A stretch of 62,315 bases of DNA, filler included, from Circinaria calcarea (taxonomy: Eukaryota): NCBI GenBank assembly GCA_051942165.1. It is 4 parts of 4 records of this genome, joined end to end, with 100 filler letters (N's around TTAATTAATTAA, not from the genome) between each part and the next. Parts side by side here need not be neighbours in the genome. Positions count along the whole stretch, not along the records: positions 46,877 to 62,315 come from JAVECS010000365.1; 3 more parts are not named here. One strand, written 5' to 3'. Shown one piece after another: positions 50,396 through 62,315 of this stretch. The first letter of the stretch is position 1. Each line of letters begins with the position of its first letter. The notes below the pieces were generated by a model. That model made no database searches. It was not told the DNA's origin and saw nothing but the letters and a program-made list of their open reading frames with translations. Both the position numbers and the translations under genes were made by a program.

Positions 50396-51722
50396 ATGAT
50401 TCCTCCAAAGTCCTTTTCCTTGAAGGGTACTTCCATTCGTATCCCATCTCGAGGCCTCGGAACGTTCCAACCCGATCCCAAAGCTTATCCAAACACCTCT
50501 GTCAAGGACTCTGTGCTCCAGGCATTGAAAGTTGGCTATCGGCATCTGGATGCTGCTCTGGCGTATGGATTTGGCACGGTAGAGAAGGATATCGGGGCAG
50601 CAATTCGAGAAAGTGGCATTCCAAGAGAAGAGATCTTCATTGTGACAAAATTGTGACTACAACTGATCCACCAGGTGGAATACCCTTTGCTAAACAATGT
50701 TCGCTAGACATAATTGCTTTCACGCTCCGGAAGATGTCAGTGTCGGCATGAACATTAGCCTTCAAAATCTCGGATTAAGCTACGGTAAATATCATCACTT
50801 ATCCTATCTTCGGACTTGAACTCAGCTGAAGATCTGAGTAGTGGACTTGTATCTTATGCACTGTTAGCTCTCTACCAAACATGCAGCATGGTTATAAGTA
50901 TTGCTTGTTGACCTACCTAGTTCCTTACGCATATGTGAAGACCGAAACCTATGGTACCCAGCGAGGCTCTGATGGGAAGGTGAAGCAGTTATTACCCTAC
51001 GTAGCACGAGAATGCTTCTGATGGCTTCTAGCCGCTTATAGACATTCCCATGTCGAAAGCATACAATGTGACTTGGACAGCCATGGAGAAGCTTGTGGAA
51101 GAAGGAAAAACTAAGCTGATCGGTAAGAAAATCCGCTTGAAAGGAGGCTGACCCATCGTTGACGAAAATCATCACTTAGGCGTCTCGAACTTCTCAAGCC
51201 CGAAGTTGAAGAAGTTATTGAAGACTGCTAAGATTCATCCGGTAGCGAACCAAATCGAACTGCATCCGTATTTCCCACAAAAGGGGCTAGTGGAGTATTG
51301 TCAATCCAATGATATTCACATCATTGCACATAGTCCTCTCGGGGGATTACCAATCCCTGTTCTTGTTGGTCGACATGGACCTGGACCGTTGGAGGACCCT
51401 GTTGTACATACTTCACTAGCATGATGAAGAGGATTCATAAACTGATCGATTATAGATATCGGACCTTGCGCAGAAATACTGCAAAACACCGGCGCAGATC
51501 ATTCTCTGTCACAGTCTCTGTCGTGGGATCTCGGTTATCCCAAAAACCAATAACCCAAAGCGCATCGTTGAGAACTTCGATATCTTATTCGATCTCGAAG
51601 AGGATGACTTCCGCAAAGTCGACGAGCTCATGGGGGTCAATGGCGAGAATGGAGTGAGGAATCTGGAGATGACAGCGTATTTGGGCTTTGATAATTTCAA
51701 CGAGGTAACCGAAGAACCCTAA
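50396..51722 (+). CDS. Aldo-keto reductase (multi-exon)
   Basis: GLGTF, GYRHLDAALAY, PREEIFIVTKL, DLYLMH, GVSNFS, NQIELHPYF, SVIPKT..RIVENF. Confidence 0.9.
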
Positions 51723-51810
51723 ACATGAGTGAGAATCAGGTTTGAATAAACGAGGGTTCACATTATACAATCATGCGTTACTTTAGAATTGTTCCCTTCT
51801 CCTATATAAA

Positions 51811-53565
51811 TTATAAATCTCTGGTTTGTACAGCTTGTTGTGTTGCCAGAAGAGCAATGATAGCTGCACCAACACTAGATCCATCCTTTGTAAGGCCAAT
51901 TCTGATCCTCTTTGCGCCACTTGCACCAATAGCTTCCACAGCCCTTAATGCCTCACGCATATATGATTCAAACCTAGGATAGAACTCAACTACACTGCCA
52001 TCAACACCAACGTCGATAATGCCATGTTCATAGATTAAGCCTGAGGGATCTTTTTGGGACATTGTAGTATTGGTCAGGTCTGTCATTGCTGTTCTGGCAG
52101 CTCTTATAATGTCTTCGCTCCCAACGTTTCTGCCATTCAAGCCAAAAGACTCCATGTACTCTACACTCACAGTCAGCGGGTCCACCGGATCGATCAATCG
52201 TCCACTCTGCAAAACGACGGCTCCGATCGCCATACCAGCCAATCTTGCGGCACGTTTACCTATCGCGTGAGCAATCATCTTGACCGCGCGAGCATCCTGG
52301 ATGCTGATAGCTGCAGCCGGGACGCTGAGGCTTTCCTCGATCTTTCGCCTAAGAAAATTTAAATCGTCTGAGTCGTCTGCTTCTGCAATAGAAAGTATGG
52401 ATGAATCAACACCCCACTGCGTATGTAAAAGGGATCTGTCGTTGACGATTTCGGCACTGCTGGGCTTTTGAACGCGGAAGAGACCGATTTGAGGGTCCGT
52501 ATGCATCGCTACTATAACGATCCTGAGAAGCTCGCCCAGGAACATTCCCGAAACACGTTTTTCGAACATTTGATTACCGGGGTTTACACTGGCTTGGTTG
52601 AGTTGCGCGTCATACACAGTGTTTGGAAGGACCAGTAGATTATTGTCGAAAGAGCCCCACTCAATGCTAATGAACATCTCGCCTGTCGATGTATCATAGT
52701 CTCCTCCAAGTGTTTTAGTGATTTTCGAGAGCTTCTCAAGATAAACGCCATTAGTGCCTGTACCAAATATAGCTCCAATCGAGGTACAAGTCTGTGAAAG
52801 AGGTAAGGTATAAGCACGAGATATAATTGTTCCAGTTGCGTCATTGACGAGAGCCGCAACTTTGACCGGAAGGTTTAGAAGATCAATCTCGGACTGAAGG
52901 AGCTTGCAGACGTCTTGCCCAACAACACCTGGGATATCGAACCCTTTAGTCCATCGTAACAGCGTCCCTTCATTGATTCCGGTCTGATGAACAGGGAACG
53001 AGAAGGTAAAACCCAGGCTAAAGGTATGCTGATGTCCACCTTCTGGAGACAGGCTGTTCAAGACATCTAGTTGGAGGCAGTCCTTATGATGGGTTGCGAG
53101 AAAGACCTTGATGTGCTTTGCGATGAATGTAAAGAGCTCTACAGCAAGCTCGGCTACCATAATCTCCTGTGGGACAGGTATTCTCGATTGTAGAACGGTA
53201 TAGGTGGAATCTCCATGGAGGTCGACGGAGCAGACACGTAAATTGGTACCACCGAGGTCAACGCCCAGAGAAAGGCCCTGATACAGTTAGCTAGGGATGT
53301 CACTCTCAATGGTTTTGCGGACTAACCTTCTCTGTGCCTTTAGCTACGCGAGTCACATATGTAGGGCTTTGACACATCGTAGGCGTTGTTCTCCGTAGGC
53401 CTTCAGCTTTCATGGGGTTCAGTCCACTGCCGTTAAAGTTTCAGTATAGGTTGACTCGAACGTACTCATCTGCCGTACAAACTCCGCCACAGCTTTGCGT
53501 ACTCGGTCATCCGTATACTCAAATTGAGCTGCTATCCTCCTAGCTTCCTCGAGGCAAGACATCAT
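51811..53565 (-). CDS. Hexokinase/glucokinase family protein (3 exons)
   Basis: LGVDLGGTNLRVC, LGFTFSFPVHQ, WTKGF, LVNDATG, IFGTGTNG, IEWGSFD, FEKRVSGMFLGE, DGSV, DGSSVGAA. Confidence 0.93.
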
Positions 53566-54966
53566 ATGCGGCTAGACTGGCAGCTCTCTGCAAGAAGGGC
53601 TTATGAGTCTGTGGTTTGATTTCAAAGGGCCGAGCAATGCTGTGGTGATAGTCAACGAAGAAGCTTCATATAGCAACGATAAAACTCTATGATGATTGAC
53701 CCTCGTTGACAGAGGAATCAAGACAACGCGAGCTTGAGGCCAGAAACTGAAAAAGTCAAGCAACAGTTGGGGAAAAGTTTGAAGGGTAATAGCCTAGCCG
53801 TAAAGCCATTGAAAGTTATATTAAAATTTCGCAGGAACAATGTTATTAATGAGTATCACTGATTCGGTACCAAACAGGAAATTATAAGCAACATGTTGAA
53901 TAATAGTCCAATTCGTCCAGCTATCCGTGTTCTGCACGATATTACCGGTTGATATACCAAGCATGAACAAGCCCTTTACTGGGAGTGGCTTGTCCGTTAG
54001 GTCACACTAGACTTGCCAAGGTTCATTGATTGTTCCATGTATGCATATGTACAGGGAATGCGCAGTAAGCTTCCGACGTTATGCACAGACTGCCCTTTTT
54101 GTGATTGAGGCTCAAAAGCCTACCTATCCTTTCAGCCTGCCTTTGAATATGTTTCCCCCGAAAACGGGATGCTGACAATATTGTTGCCGATTAGCTTAGC
54201 TCAATCTCTATGCCGCCCGTGTGGTCCATCGGGAAAACCTAGAAATACTAAAATTGGAATGAGCGATAGGGAAGTAGTAGTACTCACTAAGATTATGCTG
54301 TACTACTATGTAGACCCCGAAATTCGAACACTCACACTCAGGCCACAACGTAGGGATTGGCGGCGTAGGCGCATGCTAGCAGCAAAAGCCGGGTGTAGCG
54401 TCGTAGCGCCTTCAGGCATCACTAATGGAAGTTCGAGATTTTATCGACAAGGGCGAATCCAATTCTTGTGGCTTGTCAAGGATGTAAGCAGCGAGACTCG
54501 TGATTAACGCCTCTGAGCATATTAGCAGGATCTAGGTAACGCAACTGGGAAAGATTGGACGCTTACGGAGTACTGAGAGGATTCTTCCTGCAAGCCTCGC
54601 ACAATATTGGAGAGCTTTGTGGTGATGAAGCCACCACGTAGTAGAATAGTATGCAAGCACGGATCCAGGGGTTTTCCACCCGTCACTTCGGAGGGGCTGA
54701 CTCGTTTTAGATTTGCTAAATAGTGTACGTGGCACAGAGCCGTGCTGTGAGAGCCTCCCATGATGAAAGGTTGGAGCATAATCGGTGCGTGCGGCGACCA
54801 TGTGACTTGATAAGACCCCTTTCTAAACTTGCGGACTAATTACACTATCAAATAATCATCGGGGCAATACATCAGGAAGCACTTGTTCAGATTGAACGTA
54901 TCAAACAAATAGGGGACAAAGGCATATTTTGTTCATAACACAAGCTATTGACGCAATGAGGGAAAC

Positions 54967-57900
54967 ATGGAAATGGTAAGTCCTGACCATATTTTCTGTC
55001 GATGAAGGGGCCGCTCGCTGCAGTTTACCTACTACAAGCTCTGTAATGTACTGATAAACCTTTGGTAGTTCCGCAAGCATAATCACAAATTCGGCTGGCG
55101 TCGCTCAGAAGAAGAGAAAGACAAAGGCGATGATGAGCAAAGAGATTATACTCTTTCTAAAGCCAATACCTTAGCAGAGGGACTCGCTAGCAGCGCTGGC
55201 CCAAACCTGCCTGCAAAAAGAGCTTCTGAACCTTCCACCAGTCGAAGTGAATCCATTACACCTGATCAAGTACAGCGAAATGCCTCAGTTACCTCCAATG
55301 CTGGCTCCGAGTTTCCGGCAAGCGTGTCACACATTGGACAATCCAGTACTATCAATACTTCATCTACGTCTGATCCTCTTGGGTTGACATTAGTATACAT
55401 TTCTCCAGACCCTCTGCTAGACTTAATTTTCGTTCATGGACTGGGTGGGACATCGACAGGGACGTGGTCATGGGAGAGAGATCCAGCGAACTTTTGGCCG
55501 CCTTGGCTTGGCAGGGACGTAGAACTGTCAAGGTCCAGGATATTCAGTTTCGGATACAATGCTTCTTTTGTGGGCAACTACACATCTTTTAACATTCTCG
55601 ATTTTTCCAAAGATCTGCTGTTCCGGATGAAAACGTTCTCGAATGAGTATCAGCACGACGACCCGCCAATCGGAAAGGCACATCCCCAAACTATATCTCA
55701 ATTCCCAGAATTTTAGCTTATGCTTTCTTTAGTTTCCGATTGTTTTTATAGCACATTCCATGGGAGGCTTAGTGGTGAAAAAGGTTTTTTGATGCCCCTC
55801 GTTTCCGAACTCAAGTGCTAAGAACGCAACTATAGGCATATATCATTGGAAAATCCGACCAGCAATTCACCGATATCATTACTCGTGTATCCGCAATGGT
55901 TTTTCTTGCTACCCCTCACAAAGGCTCAGCATTCGCTCAGACGCTTAACAGCATACTTAAGGCAGCACCTGGAGGAAGCGCAAAAGCATACGTGGCAGAA
56001 CTAGAGAAAAACTCGAGTGCTTTACAAGATATCAACGAACAGTTCCGAAATATTTGCGGAGATCTCGAGCTCGTCTCTTTCTACGAGACACAGAAAACTA
56101 GTGTTGGAGCAGGGATTAAGAGAATGGTAAGTGCATAATATTTAGGGTATCCCAATCTTAAGCTACTATAGTTCTGATGTAGGTAGATTGTGGACAGGGA
56201 TTCTGCCATTCTCGGTTACCCCGGTGAAACTTCAAGTTCGTTGGTCGCCGATCATCATGGCATGGCAAAGTTCAGAAGTCCGCTCGACACTAATTATACA
56301 GATGTTAGAAATGTATTGAGATGGCTTATGAAAAGGTTTACTAACGAAAAGGCGATAGAGCCAGGTAAGCCTCGTATGAGGTTACGTTGCTCCACTTATA
56401 ACTAAGCATTGTAGCAGCTCTTATTTACGGAAGCAACAAGCCAGTCCAGGATACCGTAGGACTCATTACAAAGCCGCCGTGTGAAGTATTGGCCAAAGAA
56501 CGACTCATAACTCTTCTTGGAATAAACGAGAGTCTCGAGGATGACTTTGAGTTTCTCGCGGAAAAAATAATGCAAGGGTCCTGTTCATGGCTCTTACACA
56601 GGCAAGCTTTCCGAGAATGGGCTGGGACAAGCCCTAACTCGTCCGGGTTGTATTGGCTAACAGGAAATCCTGGATCAGGGAAGTCAACTTTGGCGAGTTT
56701 TGTTATAGCGTGGATTAAAAATAACTCCTTCGCTGGCACTTGTAACTACCATTTCTTCCTAGCAGGGCATCAGACTAAGAGAACCATTTCGTATCTCCTT
56801 CGGAGTATTGCCTTACAGGCTGCATTATCTCACGGGGTCTTCTGCTCGCGACTTTTAGAGCTCCACGAGAATACTGGAATCAATTTCATTCAATCAAAAG
56901 CTATTGTTATATGGGAGAAGATATTTGAGGGGATCTTATTTCGACTACCTTTGGAAAGACCGTTGTATTGGGTTTTTGATGGTTTAGATGAGGCTGAGTC
57001 ACCTTCGGAGCTTATACGATTCCTTTCGAAAATCAGGTCTGCTACGCGAATCAATATCCTTCTGGTTAGCCGAGCCACCAAGAACCTTATACAGGAGATA
57101 AACCACCATCTACCCACGATGGTCCACGAGACTATTTCCAATGACGATACAGTGGATGATATCCGAGATTATGTACGCTGTTTAGTACAGGAGATTTTGC
57201 CAAGCGACCATGCACAGGAAGAAATCATCCAAGATATTCTTATTAAAGCTTCAGGGTCTTTCTTATGGGTCAAGCTAGCATTGGAGAGGATCAGAGATAA
57301 TTGGCATACTAAAGACGATATCAAGGCCGCACTGACTGAGATTCCTGAGGGAATGGAGCCACTATATGAGAGAATGATTGAGATTATAGCAAGTCAGCCA
57401 CCAAAGCTTCGCGAAATGGCTACTCAGATATTGACCTGGGTCGCATGTTCGTTTAGACCTCTTGATGTCGCCGAGCTGCAAGTTGCTTTAACACCGAGAT
57501 TCGCAAACTTCGTCAATCTCAAACATACAGTCGAGGAGGTTTGCGGGCACTTTGTTATAGTGAACAAGTCTAAGATTACCCTGATTCATCAAACAGCTCG
57601 TCAGTTTTTGCTCCATAAGACCTCAGATCTTCAGATCAAGATAGTGGATCACGAAGGACATAAGCATATCGCCATGATATGCATTGACTTCCTCTCAGAT
57701 ATGCCGAAGTGGAGGCGGATATTTACGGCAAAACAAGCATCCCTGCAGAAGTCATCTTCGAGTGATGTTGCTGTCTTTGATGAACACCCATTCCTATTCT
57801 ATGCTTTATCCTTCTGGACGTATCATATCAGCCTCTCTTCGGTAGATTCCGACGATTTGCTGGAGACTGTTCTGGTATTCTTGGAAATTAACTGCCTGCT

Positions 57901-60232
57901 GTGGATTAACGGGGTGGCTTTATCCCGAAATCTTCGCATCTTGACACGAGCAGCTCAACATCTCAAAACATATGTTAAGAAAAGAGCTTATGGCATATCA
58001 AAGAGGCCACCAATAAGCTTCGCACTAACTCGTGATGCCGAATTACGCCAGTGGGCGACTGATCTAATCCGCGTGGTTAGCCGGTTTGGGAACAACGTTA
58101 CTGAAAACCCATCCTCAATCCATAAGCACGTCATTCCATTTTGTCCTAAGGACTCGATCATTTTTAGGTCCTTAGGTCATGTAGGTCGATCAACATTCTC
58201 AGTAACGGGCATGTCCTCAAATAATTGGGATGACTGTTTAGCACGTTTAACTATGGGCGAAAATCAGACCGCATCTAAGCTGCTTTGTAAAGACACCTTC
58301 TTCCTCACCTTAATCGGCGGCGATGGCACTGTTATTGTATGGGATTCAGAGACCTGCGGAGAAGCTAGAAGAATAACTCATGGCGAGTGGGTTAGTCACA
58401 TGGTCAGTAGTAGAACATCCAATCTCATTGCAACAGCGGGTTTTAAGACCACTTGTGTATGGGATATTACCACTGGTGAAAAATTATTCCGCTTATCCAA
58501 GGAGCGTCACCTTCGCACAAAAGCACTAGCATTCGGGGAGACGGATGATGAGATACTTATAGCATATGATGACTGTTCCATACAGTGCATCGATTTGGCC
58601 ACGTCTGAGACAAAGTGGCAGTTTGTCGCAAAGGAGCCAGGGTCTGATAATCTCAACTGCGCTAGATACATGGCTTTCAGTCCAGATCTTACACAGATTG
58701 CTGTGGTGTTTCGTGGCAAGCCCGTACTGGTATGGACTTTACAACATTCAAACTCCGTTTATTTGCCGCCCAAAAAATGTGTTTGCGCCGAAGACAAGTT
58801 CTTTGCTGAAAGCGATGCTTGGAACAACCCTGAGGTGGCGTTGTGGCAACCGGTCACTGACCGCCTTGTGATACTTTACGAGGATACGATGATCCTCGAG
58901 TGGAACATTGTTGATGATGAGCAACTGCAATATCATCACACAGGCGCAAGAGTAATGGTACTTAGCTCTGATGGCAATCTACTCCTCACCAGCGATAACA
59001 ACGGAACACTGAGTATTTGGATGATCCCCGAGTATCGCCTTACGTATCAGCTTAAATACGACGAGCTTGTAACGGACCTAGCCTTTTCGCCCGACGGAAC
59101 CCGGTTCTATGACATTCGCGGCTCCTTTTGCAATGTATGGGAACCGGACGCGCTCCTCCGGCCAGATGACGTTGACCAAGAGGAGATGTCAAGTACATAC
59201 GAGACCATCACCTCGGAACCAGTATTATCAAATGACGACAATAGTCGGGTGCCAATCACTGCACTTGCTTGTGATGCTACTGATAAATTTTTCTGTTGTG
59301 GAAAGGAGGACGGTACTATTATCATGTATGATATCCCCGACGGAAAGAAGGTACGGAAACTCTTCCATCACTCATCTACAGTATCTGTCATCAAGCTCGC
59401 ATGGTCTTCCTCCGAGAGATACTTTGCATCTGCAGACGATTCGGGCCGTGTTATTGCCAAAAGACTCGAACCACCTACGAGCCAGAATCCGAGAAAGTGG
59501 GCGGTATTTCCACTGTTTGACATGCGTGTTGGCGAAGCGGTTGAGCACTTTCTCTTCAGTGCTAATGACGAACTACTTCTCATTGCTGGTCTTACCTCTG
59601 CGTGTGTTATGCATTTAAAGTTAAAGCAGGAGCTTTGCCGCATACGCCAACCCTTCCAGAAAGGGGGAACGTGGGTAAATCATCCCACGGACCCGACAAC
59701 CTTAATTAGAATGGATGCCGATAACGAGCGCCCGTATCTATGGGCCACTCTAGCTCCCACGAGTAATTCAATCACCGCAATATTAAGAAGCTATCGCCTA
59801 GGCGAACCCGTGGATTTCATTCATAGAGCCGTTAAGCTTCGAGGCCCCTGCCTGATGCTCGAAATACTGGCCGGCTCGAATCACGACCATCCGCGCTCCC
59901 TGAATCGATACATTGAGATGGTTGATCTTCACAGAGTCCGCGATCTCTCGTCCACACAGCCTGCGGTGCGACAAAGAATCGATGGTCTCGCGAAACACGT
60001 GGAGTGTTTAGTCGGATTTTTCCAGGACCGAGTGGTGTTTCTTGATCACCAGTTTTGGCTGTGTACGTGGGAAGTCGAGCGGGAGTACAGCAACCATAGA
60101 CGGCACTTTTTCCTCCCCAAGGATTGGCTGAGTCCGATGACTCTAGGACTAATCGTTTTAAACAACCAAGGGACTTTGCTATGTCCGAGGAACGGAGAAG
60201 TGGTGATTGTACACTCGGGCTTGAAGTACTGA
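54967..60232 (+). CDS. Fungal NLR: SesB-like alpha/beta hydrolase + NACHT + WD40 (6 exons)
   Basis: Introns 54976-55068, 55678-55732 (GC donor), 55784-55835, 56127-56186, 56365-56414; LIFVHGLGG, AHSMGG, FLATPHKGS, ADHHGMAKF; Walker A GNPGSGKS; Walker B WVFDGLDE; WD40 AFSPD motifs. Confidence 0.9.
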
Positions 60233-60319
60233 AGAGCAAGGCTGCCTTGCCTCCCTCTTTCAATTCCTATTGTTTAAAACCTTAACCGCAGTTATGAACA
60301 CTATAGTCTCTAGGCTTTA

Positions 60320-60357
60320 ACCCTACTCTACAATTAGTACCCTACTCTACAATTAGT
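60320..60357. repeat. 19-bp perfect tandem duplication
   Basis: ACCCTACTCTACAATTAGT x2. Confidence 0.95.
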
Positions 60358-60942
60358 CACAACTAAAGCTTCGGCGCACGTTATGCAACCTTTGCCACCC
60401 TCAAATCCTCTATTCAGTCCTTATCCTGGGTCTTGATTCTCCCGGCCGCACTCTATCATTATTCGTTGGATGTTCCCCCAAGCCTAACCAGCTCCGCAGA
60501 CCCTCTTAGCCGTCAAAATTCGCTGCGGCTAGGGGCGGGAAAGCGGGTATGAGGAATAAGGCTAGGTTTATTGGTCCGAACGGATATGGTATCAATCTTG
60601 GATTGCCGCTTGATAATACGTATGGTACGGTTTGACCCTGTGATTGTATCTCTACCTTTGCTACGCTGCAAAATCTAGAAAGCCCATGATCCCCTGTGCG
60701 AAAAATAAAGCAATCAGTACAATTGGAGACAAACGGTACTCGGGATAATAAGGCTACGCTTCAAGAATCATTTTATCCGATTAGCTCGGGGGAACCTCTT
60801 AAGTCTCCTATGTTGTCACATAAAGGTCGTCCAACAGCATCCCGTTCCAGTTTCCATTCCGCAGGTCTTATTACCCTTCAACGGAGATTATAATGTATGC
60901 CTCGCACGTCTATGTTTCCTAACCCCCAGCAAATCAATCAGA

Positions 60943-62057
60943 TTACCTCCCTTCCTTCAACTCCTGCACCCGCAGATACTGTCCCTGCTCACCCGTCACC
61001 AATGGCGGTGCAGGTGCTGGCGGACCCGTCCCACTCCTTCTTCTCCTTTCCCTTTCCACCACCCCCGGTACCTCCCCTGCTCTCTTCGTCTTCCCAGCCA
61101 CCGGCTGGCTCATCCATGCATCGTCATCTTCCTTCCCCAGCCAGTACCCAGTTCCCACACTTACCAGCACTCTTCCCAGTTTTCCTCTCCAGCCGAAACC
61201 AGCGGGGAGGTGCGAGGCGAAGGGGTTCTCAATGTAAGTGCTATCGGCGTTGCTGGCGCGGAGGTTGTAAGTTCGAGTGACGGAGGCCGTGTGTTGCCTC
61301 AGGATGAAGCGGGCGTAGCTGAGAACAATAAAAGTGAGGTAGATGCGTACAGCCCAGAGAGCTAGGATTACGACAAGGCTGCTGATACTTTCCGGTTGGA
61401 CGAAACCAGGACCAAGACTAATTCCCTCTGTGGTTGCAGAAGTGCCGAATGCGGCGGCGGCGGCTCCAGCACCAACTGCTACCGCATCTTGGCCCCCCGT
61501 AAGGCCCTCTGCGGGCGCGGCCACAACTTCCACATGGCTGACGTTGTACTTGGGACTCGTGAATCCGGCTGTTTCATTCACCGTCTCCCCTCCCAACCCC
61601 AATTTTCCACTTCCTGATCCAGTAGCCTGGCTAATTACTAAGAACCAGGTCGTGGCAAACACGGCCGTATATCCTGCATTGATGATCCCGTCAATCACAA
61701 ACACCCATGCCAGGGCGAGGGTTTCTAGCGGCGATTGTTTCCGGACGTGGGGAGCGAGATGCGCAAGCACAATGAGTGCGATGAGAGAGTATATGTACAT
61801 TGAAAGCTGGAGGGGGGAGAGGTGTAAGCCGGTTAGGAGGGCTAGGAGACCATAGAGCCCGGAGAGCTTATTAAGGAGGAGCGAAAGGGTGGCGAGGGAA
61901 GTGCCGGTTCGAAGAGACATTAGGTGGAAGAATGTCTGATTAGGGGATTGTCAGCGGCGCAAGAGGAGCAGGCGGAAGGGAGGTTGAATAAGCGTTGGAA
62001 AGGATTGGGGTTGCTTACTTTTGGTCGAGGTACCTGAAAGAGGCGAAAGGGCGCCAT
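60943..62057 (-). CDS. KEI1: Inositolphosphorylceramide synthase subunit Kei1 (DUF1753)
   Basis: MAPFRLFQVPRPK/TFFHLMSLRTG..LLNKLSGLYGLLALLTG..QLSMYIYS; intron 61936-62018. Confidence 0.85.
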
Positions 62058-62315
62058 AATGATGAGTGAATAGAAGGGTTGATCGCATACAGTGAGGCTA
62101 TGTTGCTCTCAAAGTAGCCACCGGTAATTTGTTTTGTAGGAGAATTATGATTTAGGTTGATGAAGAGGTGACTGGATGGGCATAGGGTTACGATCTGACG
62201 TCGAGAATATTCGTTTAATTCGGAGGACGCGGCATTGCTTACCAGTAGCCTTGTACATGTACGAAGTTAATGTACGAAATGACTAAAATTATGCAAGAAC
62301 ATAAATCTCCAACCT

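Noticed and set aside
46877..60232. Contig 4 NLR and sugar genes as Starship cargo
   Set aside because: Different contig, flanked by housekeeping genes; no physical link to the captain

Overview
Filamentous ascomycete (Pezizomycotina) DNA with spliceosomal introns. The window is four unrelated contigs (1-15542, 15643-31163, 31264-46776, 46877-62315, in decreasing length) joined by artificial N44-TTAATTAATTAA-N44 linkers, so nothing is adjacent across linkers. Contig 1: GH17 glucanase, intact HeLo-like/NACHT/ankyrin NLR, LOG-family gene, partial PKA catalytic subunit. Contig 2: MCD4, farA/CTF1-alpha, a tandem pair of small paralogues with three conserved His (one has TGA at a conserved Trp), an SRPK-like kinase, a LysM protein, partial RAD4. 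Contig 3 looks like the left end of a Starship-type giant transposon: an (ATATAAA)n tract, an intact five-exon DUF3435 tyrosine recombinase, a convergent intact JmjN/JmjC (KDM4-like) demethylase, then orphan or decayed cargo, gene fragments, hairpins and a TIR element. Contig 4: partial REX4, two MITE-like elements, a fructosamine-kinase/aldo-keto reductase/hexokinase trio (the kinase has catalytic Asp to Asn), a hydrolase-NACHT-WD40 NLR and KEI1. All calls come from motif recognition and hand-splicing; no searches were run.
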